Origin: Halarcobacter sp.
GTDB taxonomy: Bacteria; Campylobacterota; Campylobacteria; Campylobacterales; Arcobacteraceae
Reading direction: 5' to 3'
Assembly (NCBI GenBank): GCA_963676565.1
Contig: OY781089.1
Span: 2,720,001-2,784,000 of the forward strand
DNA: 64,000 nucleotides
Shown: in pieces, positions 60,230 to 64,000 of the stretch
Position numbering within the stretch: the first letter of the stretch is position 1
Layout: the number at the start of each line of letters is the position of its first letter
Notes under the pieces: generated by a model
The model's input: only the letters and a program-made list of their open reading frames with translations
Told to the model about the DNA's origin: nothing
The model's database searches: none
Made by a program: the position numbers and the translations under genes

Positions 60230-62170
60230 TTAGAATTTATATGTTAATTTTACGTAGTATTCTCTACCTGGCTCAGGATAACCTAAATCTAACTCATAGT
60301 TTTCATCAGTTAAGTTTGTTACACCTGCACTAAATAAAACATCTTTTGAAATTTTATAGTCTGCATTAACACCAATAACTTTTATATTCGATACATTTAC
60401 ATAGTTACTATTAGCATCTTCTAGAATCAAATCTTTTTTAAAAGTCATGTTTGCAGTAAGTTTTAAATCTTTTGTTGGAGTATAATCTGCAAAAAAGTAA
60501 GCACTATGTTTAGGAACATCTGTTACAACAATAGAACCATCATCTTTTTCAATATTTATGTAAGTATAATTAAAACCTAAAGTGTATAAGTCTTGTTTAT
60601 ATTTTAAAGAGGTTTCAAACCCTTTGTACTGTTCTTTTCCTGTGTTTTGTTCTTGACTTTTAGAACCAGAAACATTGTCAACTATTCTAATAGGGTCTTT
60701 TACATTAATTAAAAATAATGCTGTATCAAATTCAAGATTATCAAAATTGATTTTATGTCCTAATTCATAGTGTGTTGCTTTTTCAGGTACTAAATCAGGA
60801 TTAATCAATGCTTTACCTTTTTTATCTGAAAATCTTTCTTTTAAAGTTGGTAAATGTGTTTTTTTAGCAATTGTAAATCTAGTAGTTTGATTTTCTTTAA
60901 AATCATAAAAGAAACCTACTTGCCCATTGTATGCATCATTTGATTTTGTTTCAACAATTGTATCATATGTAATTGCTTCCGTAGGATTTGCATAATCATA
61001 ACTAAGTGAAGTGATAATTTTAAATCTTTCATTTGGTTCATAAATATCTTCTGCTGCAAGTGAATATACTTTTTCAACAAATTTATCATCTAATCCACTT
61101 TCACTTCCTGCAGCCCTGTTGATTTCATGGTTATCTTTTTTTACATTTAAAGCAAATTTTATAGTATGTTCATCTGACCATCCATATTCTGTATACTCTA
61201 AACCACTTCCAATACTATAAGCATCTGTATATTCTAATTTATTTAAATTTACCCAACCATTTTTATACTCTTCGTATGTATTTTTATAACTTGTTCTATA
61301 TAATTTAAATTTGATATCTGCTGTATCATATTTTTTATTAGTAATAAAATATAATGAATTGCTATCCCAAGTTGGCCAATCAATATATTTTTCTTTTCCA
61401 TCATCTTTATCTACTACTGTTGGTTGAGATTTTTCAGAGTTTAAATAATTCATTCCTAATACATATTCAGTATTGTTATCAGGAGTATAACCTGCTTTTA
61501 AATTAAATGATTTTGAATCTGAATCACTATGGTCTCTTTCCCCTTCACTTTGCAATGCTGTTGATACATAATCATCCGAAAGACTCCAATGATCTCTATT
61601 TTTTAATGTTCCATTGAATTGTAGATAATACTTATCTTGCTTTGTTCCTAAACTTAAAGTATTTAACCATTGAGATTGATTGAAATCATTATCAAAATTT
61701 ATTTGAGAAGAGATACTACCTTCAAACTCCTTTGTAGGTTTTTTTGTTACGAAATTCACAACTCCACTCATTGTATTTGGCCCAAACATTGTTGAACTAA
61801 AACCTTTTGCTATATTTACACTATCTAAATCAGTAGATAAAATTCTTGAATAATCAAAATTTCCATCATAAGGTACATAAATTGGTATACCATCAATAAA
61901 TATACCTGTTCTTGTAGCTTCAAGACCTCTAATCATTAAAGAACTTTCTTCCCTACCACCTTTATGCTCAATTGTAATTCCAGATTGAGTATCCAAGACT
62001 TTTGCAATATCTTTTTCTGGATTAGATATCAATTCTTCATTTGAAACCTTTTTTACATCTAGTATCTGTTGCTGTTTTGCTGAGATAGAAATCTCACCTA
62101 ATGTAAATGTATCTTCTGCAATTAATAAAGTAGAAGATAACAATAATAAACATGAAAAACTTATTTTCAT
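60230..62170 (-). CDS. TonB-dependent outer membrane receptor
   Basis: TonB-box-like TLGEISIS, plug IRG...IDGIP, NPDL.PE, NLTDENY and GR.YY..LTYKF motifs. Confidence 0.93.
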   Translation of the reverse strand: MKISFSCLLLLSSTLLIAEDTFTLGEISISAKQQQILDVKKVSNEELISNPEKDIAKVLDTQSGITIEHKGGREESSLMIRGLEATRTGIFIDGIPIYVPYDGNFDYSRILSTDLDSVNIAKGFSSTMFGPNTMSGVVNFVTKKPTKEFEGSISSQINFDNDFNQSQWLNTLSLGTKQDKYYLQFNGTLKNRDHWSLSDDYVSTALQSEGERDHSDSDSKSFNLKAGYTPDNNTEYVLGMNYLNSEKSQPTVVDKDDGKEKYIDWPTWDSNSLYFITNKKYDTADIKFKLYRTSYKNTYEEYKNGWVNLNKLEYTDAYSIGSGLEYTEYGWSDEHTIKFALNVKKDNHEINRAAGSESGLDDKFVEKVYSLAAEDIYEPNERFKIITSLSYDYANPTEAITYDTIVETKSNDAYNGQVGFFYDFKENQTTRFTIAKKTHLPTLKERFSDKKGKALINPDLVPEKATHYELGHKINFDNLEFDTALFLINVKDPIRIVDNVSGSKSQEQNTGKEQYKGFETSLKYKQDLYTLGFNYTYINIEKDDGSIVVTDVPKHSAYFFADYTPTKDLKLTANMTFKKDLILEDANSNYVNVSNIKVIGVNADYKISKDVLFSAGVTNLTDENYELDLGYPEPGREYYVKLTYKF

Positions 62171-62487
62171 TTATATTCCTTGTAAAAAAATATTTACCAT
62201 AAATTAATTTTTTATGTATTCTTAGCTTGAAAGTATAAATATGCTAATTGAGCATATTTATATTCTTAAAAAAAAGCCCTAAAAAACAATGAAAATTTAA
62301 TTTTATAAAATTTTATAAGACTTTTTATAGACAAGCTTTAAAAGTAAATTTTATTTTACTATTTTATTCCATAATTTTACTTTAGAATTAAATAAAAAAT
62401 TAATATTTATAATTAAGAATAGTTATAGATAAATAAAATGGTTTTGGAATATATTATTTTAAGATTTCAAGAGAGTGGGGATAAGTT

Positions 62488-64000
62488 TTAAAAACTTTCC
62501 CACTCATCGTCATTGTTATTGTTTGCAACAATCTCTTTTGTCTCAGTATTCTTTTCATTTTTCATTTTTCTAATTTTATTTTCACTAGCTCTTCTATCTT
62601 TTTTAGCATCAAAGTTTAAATCTAATTGGCTTTCTCTTCTATCAACAACCATATCTTTTCCTTTAAACTCTTTTTCATTAACTTTTTTAACAATATTTTC
62701 AGATATATGAGAAGTATGCACTGCTATCTCTTGTGTTTGGTTAGCGGCACTTGCTATTTTTTGAGTTTGTTGGTCTTGAATTGTTACAGCATCATTTATT
62801 TGTTCAATTCCTGATTGTTGTTCTTTTGAAGCTGCTTCTACATTGTTTATAAGCTCAATTGTTTTTCTAATATTTTCATTTAAATCAGAATAACCATGAA
62901 TCATTTTATCAGCAATTATTTTCCCATCATTTGCTTTAGTAGTTGCATTTTCAACTAAATCTTTAATCTCTTTAGCTGCTTCTGCACTTCTTGCAGCAAG
63001 GTTTCTAACCTCTTGGGCTACAACTGCAAACCCTTTTCCTGCTTCTCCTGCTGTTGCTGCTTCTACAGCTGCATTTAGTGAAAGAATATTTGTTTGGAAG
63101 GCTATTTGGTCAATTACAGTAATTGCTTCATTAATAGCTGTTACTTGTTGATTTATCTCATCCATAGATGATGTAGTTTGATTAGCTAAATCATTACCTT
63201 CTTCAACTGATTTAGTTACTTTATGTGCAAAGTCAGCCATATCAATTACATTTTGAGTATTACTTGTAATTGTTCCAGTCATTTGTTCTAATGCTGCTGC
63301 AGTTTCTTCTAATGAAGCGGCTGCTTCATTTGAAACATCATTTAAGACAGTTACATTTTTAAGTAAGGTTTCTGAAGAGTTTTGAAGAGTTAATCCAACT
63401 CTTTTTTCATTAGATAGCATTTCAGTGATTGAAGAACCTAAACTATTTACACCTTGAGATAATTTTAAAAGATGATGTTTTACATTTGATGTTTGCACTT
63501 CATTGATATAGTTGTAATTTGTATATTGCTCTAATACATCTAAAACTTCATTTATATTTTCTTCTAAATGTTCACCCATAGAGTTAAGAACTTTTTTTAA
63601 GTCCATTAATGCAGGGTTATCAACATCTGATGTAATTCTTTGGCACAAGTCTCCTTGTTCAAACTCAGAAAGAATTTTTACTGTATCATCAATAAATCTT
63701 CTATCCTCTTCTACACCTTTTTTTGTGATTTCTATATTTTCATTTACAACTTTTGCCATTATTCCAATTTCATTTTTTCTACTATCATCTAGCCTTTCTA
63801 CACTACTTGATTCTCTATTTAAATATTTGAAGAAACCTAGTAAGCCTTCTTGGAATTTTTCAATTTCAGAACTAATCTCCCTTGAGATTATAAAGGCTGA
63901 TAAAAGAACTAAAGAAAGAACTACAATTGCAATAATTATTGATGTTTTTAGTATGTTGTCATTTAAATCTGCAACTTCAGGACCAATTATACCTTGGTCT
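62488..64000 (-). CDS. Methyl-accepting chemotaxis protein (5' part beyond window)
   Basis: Frame is open to the window end with TM and HAMP segments. [34 protein letters not shown] signalling tip; C-terminal EWESF. Confidence 0.95.
   Translation of the reverse strand, partial: DQGIIGPEVADLNDNILKTSIIIAIVVLSLVLLSAFIISREISSEIEKFQEGLLGFFKYLNRESSSVERLDDSRKNEIGIMAKVVNENIEITKKGVEEDRRFIDDTVKILSEFEQGDLCQRITSDVDNPALMDLKKVLNSMGEHLEENINEVLDVLEQYTNYNYINEVQTSNVKHHLLKLSQGVNSLGSSITEMLSNEKRVGLTLQNSSETLLKNVTVLNDVSNEAAASLEETAAALEQMTGTITSNTQNVIDMADFAHKVTKSVEEGNDLANQTTSSMDEINQQVTAINEAITVIDQIAFQTNILSLNAAVEAATAGEAGKGFAVVAQEVRNLAARSAEAAKEIKDLVENATTKANDGKIIADKMIHGYSDLNENIRKTIELINNVEAASKEQQSGIEQINDAVTIQDQQTQKIASAANQTQEIAVHTSHISENIVKKVNEKEFKGKDMVVDRRESQLDLNFDAKKDRRASENKIRKMKNEKNTETKEIVANNNNDDEWESF

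Overview
Very AT-rich bacterial chromosome segment. Gene style and flanking genes (rimK, nadE, djlA, selO, an MCP with the motif [15 protein letters not shown]) suggest Arcobacteraceae/Campylobacterota; this taxonomy is my inference. About 4.9-47.6 kb, between nadE and djlA, is a ~43 kb catabolic region for lignin/plant-derived aromatics. It holds a hydroxycinnamate CoA module (long acyl-CoA dehydrogenase, HCHL, aldehyde dehydrogenase, ADP-forming CoA ligase), pobA, mobA, a vanA-type Rieske O-demethylase with no reductase in the window, an HpaB-family monooxygenase, an uncharacterised TauD/RdpA-like plus class II aldolase-fold module, and a full protocatechuate 4,5-cleavage operon (ligU-I-K-J-A-B-C). 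It also has four paralogous TRAP binding proteins but one DctQM, a porin, exporters and six regulators. Non-coding signals read directly from the sequence: (i) a four-copy modular promoter (TGCTA-N6-TGCTA, then a GTNCGTTAAGCGWAC box exactly 17 nt before a -10, then an operator at +1); (ii) a recurrent GAACA-NN-TGTTC operator; (iii) a shared SD-occluding, GGA-loop hairpin before two monooxygenases. A TPR gene and a type II toxin-antitoxin pair (antitoxin missed by the ORF track) interrupt the region. The right end has a TonB/ABC uptake operon with a TiaS-like standalone domain and a small Cys-rich protein. No rRNA, tRNA, CRISPR array, integrase or transposase was recognised. All functional calls come from motif recognition by eye, not database searches.
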